Shown: piece by piece, positions 28,281 through 41,785 of the stretch | How positions within the stretch are numbered: the first letter of the stretch is position 1 | Layout of the letters: each line of letters opens with the position of its first letter | Source of the DNA: Octopus vulgaris | Taxonomy: Eukaryota | Length of the DNA stretch: 64,000 bases | Direction of reading: 5' to 3' | Assembly: GCA_951406725.2 (NCBI GenBank) | Contig: OX597819.1 | Location: forward strand, 80,476,001 to 80,540,000 | Program-made: the position numbers and the translations under genes | Notes under the pieces: generated by a model | Seen by the model: the letters and a program-made list of their open reading frames with translations, nothing else | Database searches by the model: none | Told to the model about the DNA's origin: nothing

Positions 28281-28839
28281 AATATGAATTAGAGATAAAA
28301 CCACTATTAGGCAACTCAAACAGTGATAGACATAAACCAATACATAAATAACAAATGATATAAATATAATTAATATAATAATTAATATCTATATATATAT
28401 ATAAATAATATATATATATATATAATATTTTTTCCAAAAAGTATAAAAAGAATGATAAATATAAAATAATAAGTAAAAACTCTACGTACGTTTCATGGCT
28501 ATAATTAAATTCTAATTACAAATAAGTTTAAATTCAATTGTAATAAATGGGTTGTATGACATAATCCTAATGTTTTAAGTTTCTAATTTAGATAATGGAT
28601 TTTGTTTTTATAAGAAAAATTATTATTTCATTTATTTCTTAAAAAATATTGTTTAACTCTATTTGCTTATTTATTTAATTATTATCATTAACCTGAAGAT
28701 TGACTATAATTTTAGTTCAAATTTATTTCAATTCAATTTAAACTTAATTGTAATTCGAATTTAATTATAGCAATGAAACGTACGTAGTGTTTTTACTTAT
28801 TATTCTATATTTATCATTCTTTTTATATTTTTTGGAAAA

Positions 28840-28902
<63 letters not shown>

Positions 28903-28994
28903 TATATTAATTATATTTATATTATTTGTTATTTATATATTGGTTTATGTCTATCACTGTTTGAGTTACCTAATAGTGGTTTTCTCTCTAATTC

Positions 28995-28999
<5 letters not shown>
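28281..28999. mobile_element. Inverted PLE-like repeat, third family
   Basis: Arms 28281-28540 and 28729-28999 are reverse complements, set in (TA)n. Confidence 0.75.
28689..28791 (+). ncRNA. Hammerhead ribozyme motif with long AU-rich stem II
   Basis: CTGAAGA-TTGACTATAATT...AATTATAGCAAT-GAAA-CGTACG-TA. Stem III is the palindrome ACGTACGT; stem I is degenerate. Confidence 0.6.
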
Positions 29000-29050
<51 letters not shown>

Positions 29051-29052
<2 letters not shown>

Positions 29053-29279
29053 CGCATGGCGCATGGCTCAGTGGTTAGAGCGTCGAGCTTACGATCGTGA
29101 GGTTGTGAGCTCGAATCCCGGACCGGGCTACGTGTTGTGTTCTTGAGCAAGACACTTTATTTCACGTTGCTCCAGTTCACTCAGCTGTAGAAATGAGTTG
29201 CGACGTCACAGGCGCCAAGCTGTATCGGCCGCTGCCTTTCCCTTGGATAACACTGGTGGCGTGGAGAGGGGAGGCCGGT
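29051..29279 (+). mobile_element. SINE family C, 3'-truncated
   Basis: GGCGCATGGCTCAGTGGTTAGAGCG...GCTCGAATCCC...GTGTTCTTGAGCAAGACACTT. Confidence 0.85.
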
Positions 29280-29313
29280 CTGATGAACGGCAACGAGAAA
29301 CTCAGAGTAACAG
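29278..29313 (+). ncRNA. Minimal hammerhead-like motif
   Basis: GT-CTGATGA-ACG(GCAA)CGA-GAAA-CTCAGAG-TA-AC. The stem II closing pair is mismatched. AATAAA follows at ~29340. Confidence 0.5.
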
Positions 29314-29345
29314 ATTTTGTTGAATTTTCTGCTGCTTTAAATAAA

Positions 29346-29392
<47 letters not shown>

Positions 29393-29395
<3 letters not shown>

Positions 29396-29757
29396 ATATA
29401 AACGGCAGTTTGTCTGTGCGTTTTCTGTGTGTCTGTTTTCTCGTACCCTCACTCTGACCACGGCTTTCAACCGATTCTGATGAAACTTGACACACACATA
29501 GCCCAATGTCATAATTCAAAACTAACGCAGCGAAAATTTTGAAAAGTTCCCCCAGTTCTGAAAAATATCGATAAATTCGACATGGGGTCGAGAATCAGAA
29601 ACCCAAACCACAGACCGTCTAGGGGACGCAACTCCACCTTTTTTAACTCTCAAAAAATTTACCATCATTTTTTTGCTATTTTTTGGCTATAACTCTCTAA
29701 AAATGCTTTATAGTTATTTCCCTTACAAACCTGAGCAACGCCGGGCAATACTGCTAG
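29393..29757 (+). mobile_element. Non-autonomous Helitron/DINE-like element
   Basis: 5' TC, GTCTGT-type microsatellite, CCGATTCTGATGAAACTTG motif, and 3' GAGCAACGCCGGGCAATACTGCTAG. Inserted between A and T in (TA)n. Confidence 0.7.
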
Positions 29758-29885
29758 TATATATATATTTTAAAAATAGGATAAAATCTTCAAAAGAATT
29801 TATCAAGTAGTTAGCGTGAAAAACCTCATAAGAGAAAAAAAAATCCATCAATTTTTTTCGTTTAAATGTATTCATATTATTTTAT

Positions 29886-30012
29886 AGAGGGCATTATTAC
29901 ACATAAATGCCATACGCTAGGAGGGACTCTTAAAGTCAAAACGTTTATTTTAGTAGTTTTGACTTTAAGAGTCCCTCCTAGCGTGTGGCATTTATGTGTA
30001 ATAATGCCCTCT
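29886..30012. repeat. 57-bp near-perfect hairpin
   Basis: Arms 29886-29942 and 29956-30012, one T-G mismatch, 13-nt loop. Confidence 0.9.
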
Positions 30013-30021
30013 TGTAGATAA

Positions 30022-30086
<65 letters not shown>

Positions 30087-30474
30087 AACGTATACGTAGC
30101 CGCACACACAAAAACATCTGCTCACGGAGAGAAGTAATGCTATTTTAAACTTGTTTTAATGTAACCATTAATATAATACATATATATACACTTATTCTCA
30201 AACATAAACATCATCATTCAAGAAATACATACATATAACCATATTCACATCGCTCAATGTTATTTGGCTTTAACAAACCATACCATCCATGTATTACAAT
30301 CTGAACACATGGATATTAACACACAAGCGCTTGATATCTACACCATACGCAAACATATATACCTATGTATGTATTTTACATTGTAAAACATACTGCACAT
30401 AATATGATGTTTAACGTGAGCCATTCAAAGCTCAAGCATGTTTATGTACGTATGTATGAATTTGTATGTATTTT

Positions 30475-30536
<62 letters not shown>

Positions 30537-30640
30537 TGTATGTAAGTATGTATATATGTTTGTGTATGTACATATGTATATGTATATATGTATATATGCA
30601 TGTATATATATATGTATGTATATGTGTATATATCTATCTA

Positions 30641-30679
<39 letters not shown>

Positions 30680-30861
30680 TTATATATATATATACATATC
30701 CATATATACATACACGCACAAACACAAATAATATGTGAGCGTTAACATAGTACGTGTTCTCTAGTCACCCAACCCAAATACATCGAGCACACTGACACAC
30801 TGATATCTATATATACACAAAACACACACATCACACATACCACACACACACACACACACAC

Positions 30862-30892
<31 letters not shown>

Positions 30893-31115
30893 CATGCATG
30901 GCGACATCTCTTCTGCTCCGTATTGTTGGTATATACACAGAAACGTGTGTGTACGTGCGAGTATGTGTTTGCGTATATACATATGTCTTTGTGTGTGTGT
31001 GTATGTACACACACGCACAGACACATACACACACACAAACATGCACACATATACGAACTTGTATATATTTATAAGAATGTATATATATATGTGTATGTAT
31101 ATGTGTGTGTGTTTG

Positions 31116-31233
<118 letters not shown>

Positions 31234-31907
31234 AAGAAGGAGATGTATGTATGCATGTGTATATGTTTTTGTGTGATTGCATTCATGTTTATGTATATGT
31301 GAGTGTGTACAGATGTCAGTCGATTTTTCCCGCCACGCCATATGTAGCCAGCGGCCATCTTTTGAGATTTTTTCCTCTTCTACCATTTTTCGTTTTATTT
31401 CTTTGCTTCTATTTCTTTATATTTGTATGTATATTTTCATTTGTTTATTCAATACACCTAGCGCCACTAAAGCACTGCTACCCTCCCACACGTCTCCACC
31501 AGCAGCATCGTGCCATAGTACCATTATAAAACTGCCACACTATCACACAAGCTCCGCGCTACTACACACCACACCACTAAGCAATCACATTGGCATACAT
31601 CCACATGACCTCTCTTTTCTTTTTCTTTTTTCTCTGTACTACCACTCAAGCACATACAACACCACGCAACCACACCAACATATATACACGTCATACTCCG
31701 CTGCGACACTGCCGTACTACTGCAGAAACACATTACAGTACCATACGCTGCTATACAACTATATCTCTACATCGTTGTCATACTGTCTCACCTCCATACA
31801 CCCATGGTATCGTAATGTCATCGCCACAACACCATACTGCCGAGGCACGATCATATAACCCCACAACCACAACGCTAAAACAAATTGCCATGTTTCTATA
31901 TTCTTTT

Positions 31908-32300
31908 ACTCTTTTATTTGTTTCAGCCATTTGACTGCGGTCATGCTGGAGCACCGCCTTGAAGGGTTGTAGTTGAACAAATCGACCCCTGGACTTATTT
32001 TTTTAAGCCTAGTACTTATTCTATCGTTCCTTTTGCCGAACCGTTAAGTCATGAAGACATAAACACCGGCTGTCAAGCGGTGATAGGAGGGGACAAACAC
32101 AGACACAAAGACTCACTCATAGACGTATATATACATATACGCAACGGGTTTATTTCAGTTTCCGTCTACCAAATCCACATGCGAGGTTTCGGTCGGACTG
32201 CGGTTATAACAGAAGACACTTACTCAAGGTGCTACGCTGTGGAACTGAACCCGGAATCATGTGGGTGGGAAGCAAGCTTCTTACCACACTGTCTCGCCTG
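31908..32300 (-). mobile_element. SINE family B
   Basis: Homologous to 23918-24320. Confidence 0.8.
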
Positions 32301-32753
32301 CGATTCTATCACACATCTTTGCTTGACTTACAGTCTTAAAAACAAATACATAGATATTTTGTTTGTGGGTTACCTAGACATGGGGAAAAAAAGAAAAAGA
32401 CAAGATCTTCACGGTTGGAACGCCTTTGTCCGTAGGTCTGCTTGCCTAGAGTTAGGCAAGATGAACAACGAATAACGCCACCATACCGCAACACCTTGTA
32501 ATTTCACGCAATCATCATCAGGGTATCCTATACAAGATTGCTCGACCTGCTATAAATAACCGCCGAACCGCCGCTATATCACATCCTACCATCTTACAAA
32601 AAATGCACAAAAGACATTGACGTTCCAGATGATTTCCAGATGAGGGTGGACGGTCACAGCTACAATGCCTTTGTTCTTAGATCTCCTCGATCTCTGCTGA
32701 ACTGGGATTAAAACATATCAACATCGGGCTCCACATCTACACTATCTTGGATG

Positions 32754-32820
<67 letters not shown>

Positions 32821-33009
32821 TATATTTTTCCGTAAAGGTAAGATCAACAAAAAATAGTTCCCCGTCCGTCCAGTGAGAGATAAATAGCGTTTAATGTACA
32901 CAGTATATAGATAATAATATATATGTAGAGATTCAAACCCCATTTGTGCTCTTTTACATATATATATATATATATATATATCACCTTCATCACCTTGACC
33001 GACCAGTCC

Positions 33010-33500
33010 GCTGGTCACGGCACGCTGTCCACTCCTCTCTGGATCGTGCCTTTCTCATTCACGTGATCCCAATCGTCCTCCTGAAATCGTAACTCCACTG
33101 TCGTGGAGGCCTTCCGGGTGGTCGTTTCCGCACGCGCAGGTACCACTCGACGACTGCGCGGGTCCACCGATTATCGGCAAGCCGGGCGACATGTCCAGCC
33201 CATCAAAACTTGCTGCGTGTATACTCTGCGATGACATCCCTCACGCCGGACTTTTTTCAGATGATCTCGCTATTGATGTGCTCTTTCAACGAGATAGCAA
33301 GCATTGACCTTTCCATGGCTCTTTGAGCTGTTACCAGTCTCTGGTCTTCTCTCTTTGTGGTAGCCCATGTTTCACTACCGTATAATATTGCTGGTAGAAC
33401 TGTACTGTTGATGAGGTTGGTGCGGTTGGTCCTGTCCAACCTTCCCTTGAGCACACCCCTTATGCCATTAAACGCCTTCCATTCGGCAATTACTCTCCGT
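33010..33500 (-). mobile_element. RTE-clade LINE 3' fragment
   Basis: LINSTVLPAILYGSETWATTKREDQRLVTAQRAMERSML is typical of the RTE post-RT region. Confidence 0.85.
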
Positions 33501-33793
33501 GAGAAAAATATTAGCTAAAAGTGAGATGATTGTGAGAGAAGTGAGAGGAGAGCTATAGAAAGAGAGAACTGTGTGTGAGAGAAAAGAGGAAGGGAGAGAG
33601 GGAGAGAGGGAGGAAGAAGGTGTGAACATATACGAACGTGATAGGTGTGATATAGGAGAGATAAAGAAGAAGGGTTGGAAAGAATAAGAGTATAAGCCAG
33701 GTGAACGGAGAATTTAAAAAGAGTAAAAAAACTGTTTAAATTGGCAAAAGAAAATGTATACATATACATACATACATACATACATACATGCAT

Positions 33794-33890
<97 letters not shown>

Positions 33891-34171
33891 TATGTATATA
33901 TGATTGGATATATGCGCGCGCACACACGCACACACACACACAAATATATATATATATATACATACATATATTTGTAAGCATACTTGTAAAAACATATACA
34001 ATAATGTTGCGGGTGTTTAACATACATAGGTATGTATCTTCCACTGAATGTGTCTTCGTATATATAACTCAATGAAAAATGTAGATTAAATAAATATATT
34101 TTATATCATAAAAATTGACTGTCAGAGGAGTTGGCATTACGAAACTTGTAATTGCGACCTTCTATGATTAA

Positions 34172-34203
<32 letters not shown>

Positions 34204-34226
34204 AGAAGAAAGGAGAATACACTGAA

Positions 34227-34383
34227 TCGTATTTACTTGAGTATAAGTTGCCTCAGTCTAATTTAATGCTAAATTTAGCTACGAAAGACTTCTCTTGAAA
34301 CTTTCGCCATGTATAAGTCGCACCCCAATTTTTAAGTTAAAATTAAGTCTAAAATAGTGCGACTTATTCACTTGTAAATACGG
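34227..34383. mobile_element. Short pogo/Tigger-like MITE
   Basis: Imperfect TIRs CGTATTTACTTGAGTATAAGTTGC / GCGACTTATTCACTTGTAAATACGG, with TA on the right. Confidence 0.6.
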
Positions 34384-34395
34384 TAAACACACACA

Positions 34396-34468
<73 letters not shown>

Positions 34469-34472
34469 ACAT

Positions 34473-35745
34473 GCAGGGGGCGGTGAATAAACTGTCGTCT
34501 AAATTACGCAAACATGAAAATAAAATTGACATCTCATTTTAACAGACATATTTACCAAAATTACATAGAAAATATCTTGCAATACTAAAGAGGGAATTTA
34601 TTCAATAGAATCAACCACAGCCTCCAGACGACTTTGGAATCTCCTGCAACTCTTTTGGACGGTCTCCTTGTTTAAGTTGGTGAATGCTGCCATAATTCTT
34701 GCCTTCAGTTCACCTTTGATGTTAGAAGGAGTTTTGTAGGTCTCTCGCTCAATTGCGCCCCACACATAATAATCAAAGGGGCTGCAATCTGTGAAGTTAA
34801 GTGGCCAGATGTTAGGGGTGATGTGGTCGCAGAGGCGGCGAGCTGGCAGAAACGTTAGCACGCTGGGCGAAATGCGTAGCCGTATTTCGTCTGCCGCTAC
34901 GTTCTGAGTTCAAATTCCGCCAGGTCGACTTTGCCTTTCATCCTTTCGGGGTCGATTAAATAAGTACCAGTTACGCACTGGGGTCGATATAATCGACTTA
35001 ATCCGTTTGTCTGTCCATGTTTGTCCCTTCTGTGTTTAGCCCCTTGTGGGTAGTAAAGAAATAGATATTTCCTCTGCCGTTACATTCAGAGTTCAAATTC
35101 CGCTGAGGTCGACTTTGAAGTTCATCCTTTCAGGGTCGATAAAATAAGTACCAGTTGCGCACTGGGGTCAATGTAATCGACTCAATTCCTTTGTCTGTCT
35201 TTGTTTGTCCTCCCTATGTTTAGCCCCTTGTGGGCAATAAAGAAATTGTCTGACAGCCATGACTGAGTTCTCTTGCTTGTGTGGCATGGTACAGAGTCCT
35301 GTTGCAAGGCATAGGGCTTTTTAGCCAGGGCAGCTCCAGGTCCTCCAGGTCCTTGACGTAGGCCTCCGTGTTGAGTGTAAAGCCGTGTCGGAAGATGAAT
35401 GGAGGTATTAACGTCACCATCACTAGTGATCACTCCAAACATCATGATGTTGACTGGTTGTTTGATTTTTATCACTCTTGGTACTTGTCTTCAAATTGCT
35501 TTGTCCCCAGATTGATACCCATACACACTAAAATGTTCGTATTGGATCTTCCACCTCGAATACCAAGCAGTACAGCATGTCGTTTCCAAATTTCTGGCAG
35601 AATGAATTGCGTCATAGTGCTGTTTTTGTTACATACAGTGCCTAACTGACCCTTCTATACTGTGTAGTCGACAAAATCAAAAAGAAACAATGCGCATTCG
35701 CGAAATTAAAAATATGAAACGGCGATAGTTTACCCATCACGCCAT
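34473..35745 (-). mobile_element. Tc1/mariner-superfamily (DD37D/maT-like) transposase relic interrupted by a SINE dimer
   Basis: IMMFGVITSDG...PPFIF...QQDSVPCHTSKRTQSWL...IWPLNFTDCSPFDYYVWGAIE. Weak TIR-like ends. Confidence 0.8.
34833..35244 (+). mobile_element. SINE family A tandem dimer
   Basis: Full monomer followed by a second monomer starting at (G)ATATTTCCTCTGCCG. Confidence 0.85.
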
Positions 35746-35837
35746 ATCTACCTATCTCTCTCTCTTCTCTCTCCCCCCCTCTCTCTCTCTATCTATCTAT
35801 CCATCTATCTATCTTTCTGTCTATCTGTATATATATA

Positions 35838-36025
35838 GGGAGAGTTTACGAAAAAAACAAAAGACGAAGACGGGTGGTGTACAAAACAAACAGATGTATT
35901 AGTATAACGCTCAGGAATAGAAAAAGTCTTTTACGTTTCGAGCCAACGCTCTTCTACAGAAAGGGACACAGAAAAAAACAAGGAGAGAAAAAATGTGTGT
36001 AGTGGCTAACGATCTATCATGGCGA
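35838..36025 (-). mobile_element. Solo PLE-like terminal repeat with hammerhead-like motif (35928-35963)
   Basis: CTTT-CTGTAGA-A-GAGC(GTTG)GCTC-GAAA-CG-TA-AAAG, a core variant. Related to the 15387 family and flanked by TA repeats. Confidence 0.6.
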
Positions 36026-36094
<69 letters not shown>

Positions 36095-36359
36095 CATACA
36101 TGCATACATACATACATACATACATACATACATACATACATACATACATACATACATACATACATACATACATACATACATACATACATACACAGAGGAG
36201 GAGGGAGGAGAAACAGACAGACTGATAGGCAACAGATAGAGATACAGAGACTAAATGACAGACAGACACACAAGTAGATATTGATTGTGAGAGAAAGAAA
36301 GGCTGATACATAAATACATGCTCGCATAGACACACATACACACATGCACACGCACACAC

Positions 36360-36403
<44 letters not shown>

Positions 36404-36849
36404 GTAGTGAGAAAGAAGAAAAGGAGTTAAAATGGCGGTAGGCGGCGAGGAAATGAGGCGGGAAATGTGAAAATGTGAATGACTTGTAGAAACGTAAGAT
36501 AGAAGGAGGGCTTAAACAAGGAAATAAAAGCAGATGAATAATAGGATGGAAGTGTGAAAAAAAAAAATGATGATTGAATGAAGAAGGGATAGCGATAGTG
36601 TAAGAGGAAGGAGGCTTATTTAGTTTTTTTGTTTTTTGTTTTTTGTGGGGCACAGTAAGAGAGGGGTAAATAATGGAATGATTGAACTAGAGAAAGAGAT
36701 CTCAAGAGAGGATAAAAGACAGGGGTATAGAGAAAATTTATGGATAAGAGAAGTTAAAGGATATTTGGATGTGTGGGGGCGATGTGTGTTGAGATTGTTG
36801 TATAAGGAAACAAAGGGTGAGAGAAAATTTCCAAGAGTAAATGGGAGAT

Positions 36850-37685
36850 GAAGAAATAGATAGGCTAATGACGAGGAAAGCAGACGATAGACTGAGGAGA
36901 AAGTATCAAGATGTATAGACTGGTTGTTTAGGATAGAGAGAGAGAGAGAGAGAGAGAGGGTCTTGGGCAGAGAGAGGAGGAACTTGAGCAGAGAGAGAAA
37001 GGGAGGGAGGGAGAGGGAGAGAGTGAAAGAGAGAGTTAGTGGGAAAATGTGGGTGGAGGGGGAATAATGATGCAAATATATTGTAGGAGAGAAGTATGAG
37101 GAGAGATGGAGATGAGTATGGTGGGGTGTATGTAGAGAGAGAGAGAGAAAGAGAGAAAGAAAGAAAGAAAGAAAGAGAGTAAAAGAGACAATAAGGAAGG
37201 AGTAAGGATAATGAAAGACAAATAGGGAGGAGAGAAGGGGGAAGGTAGAAGAATGCAGGTGATAAATAGAGGAGAAAGTATCATGGTGCATAGAATGGTT
37301 GTATAGAAAGGAGAGAGGGGAAGGAGGAGGAGGAGGAATGGACAGAGAAAGACAGAAGGAGAGGAGGAGTGAAGAAACTGGAGGGGGAGATAAGCAAACA
37401 TTGGAGAAGAGTAGTGTGAGGAGAGTTGAAGGAGTGTGTGTTAGGGTATAAGTATGAGGAGAGAAAGACAGAACGAAAAGAGAGAGAGAGTAGAAATATA
37501 AGGAGGAAAAGGGAAAGGTGGAGGAAGGTAGTAGTGTACAAGGAGGGAGTCGAGGGGGATAAAAAGAGAAGAAATTAAACGAAGATAAGAGGGCGGATGA
37601 GGAGGATATAAAGACAAAGAAAGAAGGAAAGTACGAGGTAGTGTGGGAGGGAGATATAGTAAAAACGAGAGAGAGATTCTGTGTA

Positions 37686-37725
<40 letters not shown>

Positions 37726-38500
37726 TGTGAATATATGTACATGTACGTGTGTTTCATGTACGTGTGCGACTGAGAGTGGTGGCGTATGCGTATGCGGTGA
37801 AGGCTGAACAAGAATAAAGTGGAAGTGTGAGTAAGGTTAAAAATAAGAAATTATAATAGAAGCAAGGGGGAAAGAATGAGCGAGAGGGAGGAGAGAGAGA
37901 AAATGAGGTGTATAGACTGCACAGGATAGAAAGAAAGTGAAGGTGAAAGAATGAAGAAGGAGGGGGTAGTAGGAGGAGAGTTAGAATAGAGTGATAGCGA
38001 TTTGATTGGATACGTGTGTGGAGGAGGGAAGATAAAGGGGAAAAGTGGAGGGGAAAGATAAATAACTGAGAGAGAGAGGAGAGAGAGAGATGAGAGAGAG
38101 GGGAGAGAGAGGGGAGAGAGAGATGAGAGAGAGAGGAGAGAGAGAGAGGCGGGAAATGAGAAAGTGAGACCCGGAAAGAGATACACAGAACTTAGAGAGA
38201 ATGAAAAGAGAGAGAATGAAGAGTGAGAGAGCGACAGAGAGAGATACATGGAAAGTGAGAGATAGAGAGAGACATGATGAGAGAAAAAGAGAGACATGAA
38301 AGAGAAAGGAGAAAAAGAGAGATGCAGTAAAAGAGATAGACACCCACAAAAAGAGAGACGTAAAAAGAGGGAGAGAGGCAGAAAAAGAAAAGCGTGAAAG
38401 AAGAGAGGAACATGAAAAGAGAGAGAGAGAGTGCGTGTGTGAGAGTGCGTGTGAGAGGGAGAGAGTGAGAGAGAGAGAAAGCAAGAGCGAGAAATAAAAT
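36850..38500. repeat. Purine-rich (GA)n low-complexity region
   Basis: Strongly purine-biased GA/GGA/AGA repeats. Confidence 0.8.
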
Positions 38501-38549
38501 ATATGGTATCCAATATGTTTTCTGATTAAGGCATAAGGTCATATATTTT

Positions 38550-38815
38550 AGTAGAGAGCTGCAGTTAATTGCATGTAGTTGGTAGTAGCGGGTTCTCCGT
38601 CGGTCTCGATGATGAGCATTCTGATGTCCGAACGACTGAATCCTACCAAATTCCTAATCGTATGGCTGAGTATTTCACAGACACGCGTAATCATAATGTA
38701 ATTCTCCGAAAGAATGAACATGATACAACCTTTGGAGGAACCCCCATTTCGGTCGCTTGTATTTATGATCGCACTCTTTCCGTTATTAGCCAACATTCAT
38801 GACCATATGTGAAGA
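38550..38815 (-). mobile_element. RTE-clade LINE fragment
   Basis: Minus-strand FTYGHECWLITERVRS*IQATEMG matches the RTE motif LTYGHE.W..TE..RS.IQA.EM.FL. Confidence 0.7.
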
Positions 38816-38819
38816 TAAT

Positions 38820-39145
38820 TCAATTCAATTTTCATTGGCTCAAAAAGCAAAAGCAAGGCCATGTAGGGGGTCAGAGAGTTATGTACAGCGAGGGTGGTCA
38901 CACAAAGAGTTCAAACCATTTCTGGTCAAGAGAGACTTTGAACCGAACGGTCGTCGGCATCTTCACTATCTCGTCCGGCAGCTTATTCCATGGATCCGCA
39001 ACCCGGACGGAGAAAGTCCCCTCTCCTTCGATTGAGATGAAATTGTCGTAGCTAGAGCTTTTCGGAGTAACCCCGCAGCCCACGCTCTGGAGCAGGAGTG
39101 AAGAACAGCTCTTTCGAGAGGTTACACTTTCCGCTTATGATGTTG
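38820..39145 (-). mobile_element. CR1-like LINE 3' end
   Basis: NIISGKCNLSKELFF...RGLRG..FSVRVADPWNKLPDEIV..FKVSLD. Confidence 0.8.
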
Positions 39146-39779
39146 TGAGCGAGAATGAGATCACCACGTTGTCGTCGTTTTTCGAAAGAAGACAGGTCGA
39201 GTGTCTTCAGCCTTTCTTCATAAGACAAATGCTTGAGACCAAGATAAGTACGGAAACCGAATTGAAGAGAGCAAGTTTGGCTTCTATTTTTTTTTTTTTT
39301 TTAATTACTTCTCTTCTGAGGATCGAATGTTGGAGCTAGCGCGTTACTTTATCAGCATCTGCAGAACTAGCATTCAATGCAGCCTCCTATCTTCCATCCT
39401 TCCGAGGCCAATAAAAAAAAAACTGTAACTGTATTAATCAAGTGCTGGGGAGACTTAAGAGACTTCACATCAAGAGCTGAAGCCTCTGAAGCTGTCTAAA
39501 GTTATTTTCAGATTTGTTCTGGCAACATCTGCGATGGCACTGATGCTAAACTGTATTCGTCTTTGACAACATTCAGTAACATAGCTCGGCTTGATTTGTT
39601 GTATATGCAGCAACCAGTTTTTCCTACAACCTTTCACAAAGAGCTGGAACAAACATCACAGTACATTTTGTCCAACTTCAAAAATTCTGCAAATTCACTA
39701 CATTGTTATAACTTATAATAAATAAGCGTTTCTGATTTTTTGTACAAGACCAAACTTTTCTAGGTTGAAAGTTCTAGTC

Positions 39780-40083
39780 CAGTGGTTCTCAGCCGGGGTC
39801 CAAATGGCCTTTGAGGATCCAAATAAGATTTTTGGGGTCCACACAACAAAATAGTAAACTGTGGTGCCATAATAGTATTTTAAGAGCCCCTGAAAGATTT
39901 GGTTTAGATGTATGTATTAGGTCATCAAGTATGAAATATGTAGTAAGGTATAGGGTAAAGTTTGACAGCTGCTCATTTTACGCCATTATCATATTTTGAC
40001 AATCTTTATTTCTTTTCTAGAAAGCGGACACATTTATTTCTTTATTCTAACTCCTTTTGTGCTTTATAAAGTATTTATAAATC

Positions 40084-40121
<38 letters not shown>

Positions 40122-41348
40122 TGTTTAGAGATGGGTAAGTCGGAAATTCGTACAGTTTCGAAATATGAGTTCTTTCTTGGAAAAACTGCATCACAGACAG
40201 CTCGAAATATTAATGTAGCATTGCATTCTAATGTTATTACACAGCAGACAAATGAGCAACACAGTCGACCAGAAACAAAGGTGGATAATGACGACTGAAA
40301 GCTACCGTCGAGTCAGATCCACCTCAAAGTGCCTGTGAATTATCTTTGTTGTTTGGTGTTAACAAGCAAACAATATTGACTCACCGAGTTCAAATCGGTA
40401 AAGTGAAAAAGTTAGATAAGTGGGTTTCACATGAACTCAATGAAAATCAGGAACAGCAACGTTTGGAAGCCTGCATCATGCTACTTTCTCGTCACAAAAA
40501 TAAGTCAAATGGATCCAATACAACAACCGTAATCGTTCAGCTCAATGGGTGAACAAAATCGAGCCACCAAAACACAGTCCAAAAAGCAAAATTCCTCAAA
40601 AGAAGCTGATGGTGTGTGTTTGGTGGTCTGATGCCGGTGTAATCCATTTCCTTAAACAAGGCTCATTAATCTCGGCCGAAGTATACTGCAGCCAACTGGA
40701 CCAAATGATGCCGAAACTTACAAAAAAAAACAGCCTAGATTAGTCAACGCATCCACGCCTATTTTATTGCCAGACAACGCCAGACCACACATCGCAAAAG
40801 TGATATTGGCGAAACTACAGGTGTTGGAGTTGGAAGTTTTCCATCATCTACTATATTCACTTGAACTTACCCCCACTGATTATACATCTTCCAGAATTTG
40901 GATAACTTTTTGATAAGAAAGAAATTTAATTCCGACGATGCTGTAAAACAGGCCTGCCAAGATTTTACTGACTCTAGATTGCCAGGCTTTTACAGTTCAG
41001 GGCTAGACAAGTTACCGCTGAAATGACAAAAGTGTATTGACAATATGGGTGTATACTTTGATGAATAAAACTATTGCTTGCATTTATGAGGCATTAGCAA
41101 ACTTTTTTCGTTTCTACAAATTTCATACTTGATGACCTAATGTTGGTATGCATTGCAGGAAACAGCTAGGATCCTTTCTGTAACATTTTACTTGGTTCAA
41201 CCTACACAAATTGATGTGTAGAAAACAAAATAGGAATTTTGAAAGAAGTTTCTATAAAACTAGTTTTTAAACATCGAATGGCTAGGGATCACCAGAATAA
41301 AGTAGTAATGAAAGGGGTCCATAGATAAAATATAGTTGAGAAAACCTG
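39780..41348. mobile_element. hAT (Charlie-like) MITE split by a mariner
   Basis: Ends CAGTGGTTCTCAGCC / GTTGAGAAAACCTG. 8-bp TSD TTCTAGTC / GTCTAGTC. Confidence 0.8.
39917..41140 (+). mobile_element. Mariner element with both TIRs and degenerate transposase (~40131-41068)
   Basis: TIRs TTAGGTCATCAAGTATGAAAT / ATTTCATACTTGATGACCTAA. Motifs WVSHEL, KKLMVCVWW, DNARPH and YSLELTPTDY, with stops and frameshifts. Confidence 0.92.
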
Positions 41349-41579
41349 GTCTAGTCGATTGCATCGACTTCAACATATTATATTTAATTTTATCGACATT
41401 GAAAGCGCGGCAGGCTATGTTTGACTTCGGCGAAATTTGAACTCAGAACGTAAAGAACCAGAAGAAATCCGGCAAGACTTTTTTTTCTACGCTCTAACAA
41501 TTCTGCCAATCCACAACAACAACAGCAACGACACTAACAATAATAATAATAATAATAGTAATAATAATGATAATATTTT

Positions 41580-41783
41580 TTTACTGGAAACATAAGGCCT
41601 CAAATTTGGGGGAAGGGATTAAGTCGATTACATTGACACCAGTGCGTAACTGGTATCTATTTCATCGACCCCGAAAGGATGACAGGCAAAGTCGACTGCG
41701 GTGGAATTCGAACTCAGAACGTAGCAACGGACAACATACTAAGTAGCATTTTGCTCGGTTTGCTAACGTTTTTGCCAGCTCAC
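41580..41783 (-). mobile_element. SINE family A (alternative tail with (ATT)n)
   Basis: Core ATCGACCCCGAAAGGATGACAGGC. Confidence 0.75.
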
Positions 41784-41785
41784 CA

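Noticed and set aside
29051-29125. tRNA-like sequence
   Set aside because: It is a SINE head running into a CORE-like body and lacks a proper acceptor stem.
34118-34155. CAGAGGA-GT...AC-GAAACTTGTA hammerhead-like string
   Set aside because: Core substitution plus weak stems; could be chance.
39512-39720. 68-codon open frame after a ttttcag acceptor (ICSGNICDG...)
   Set aside because: No recognisable homology and no partner exons; the length is compatible with chance.
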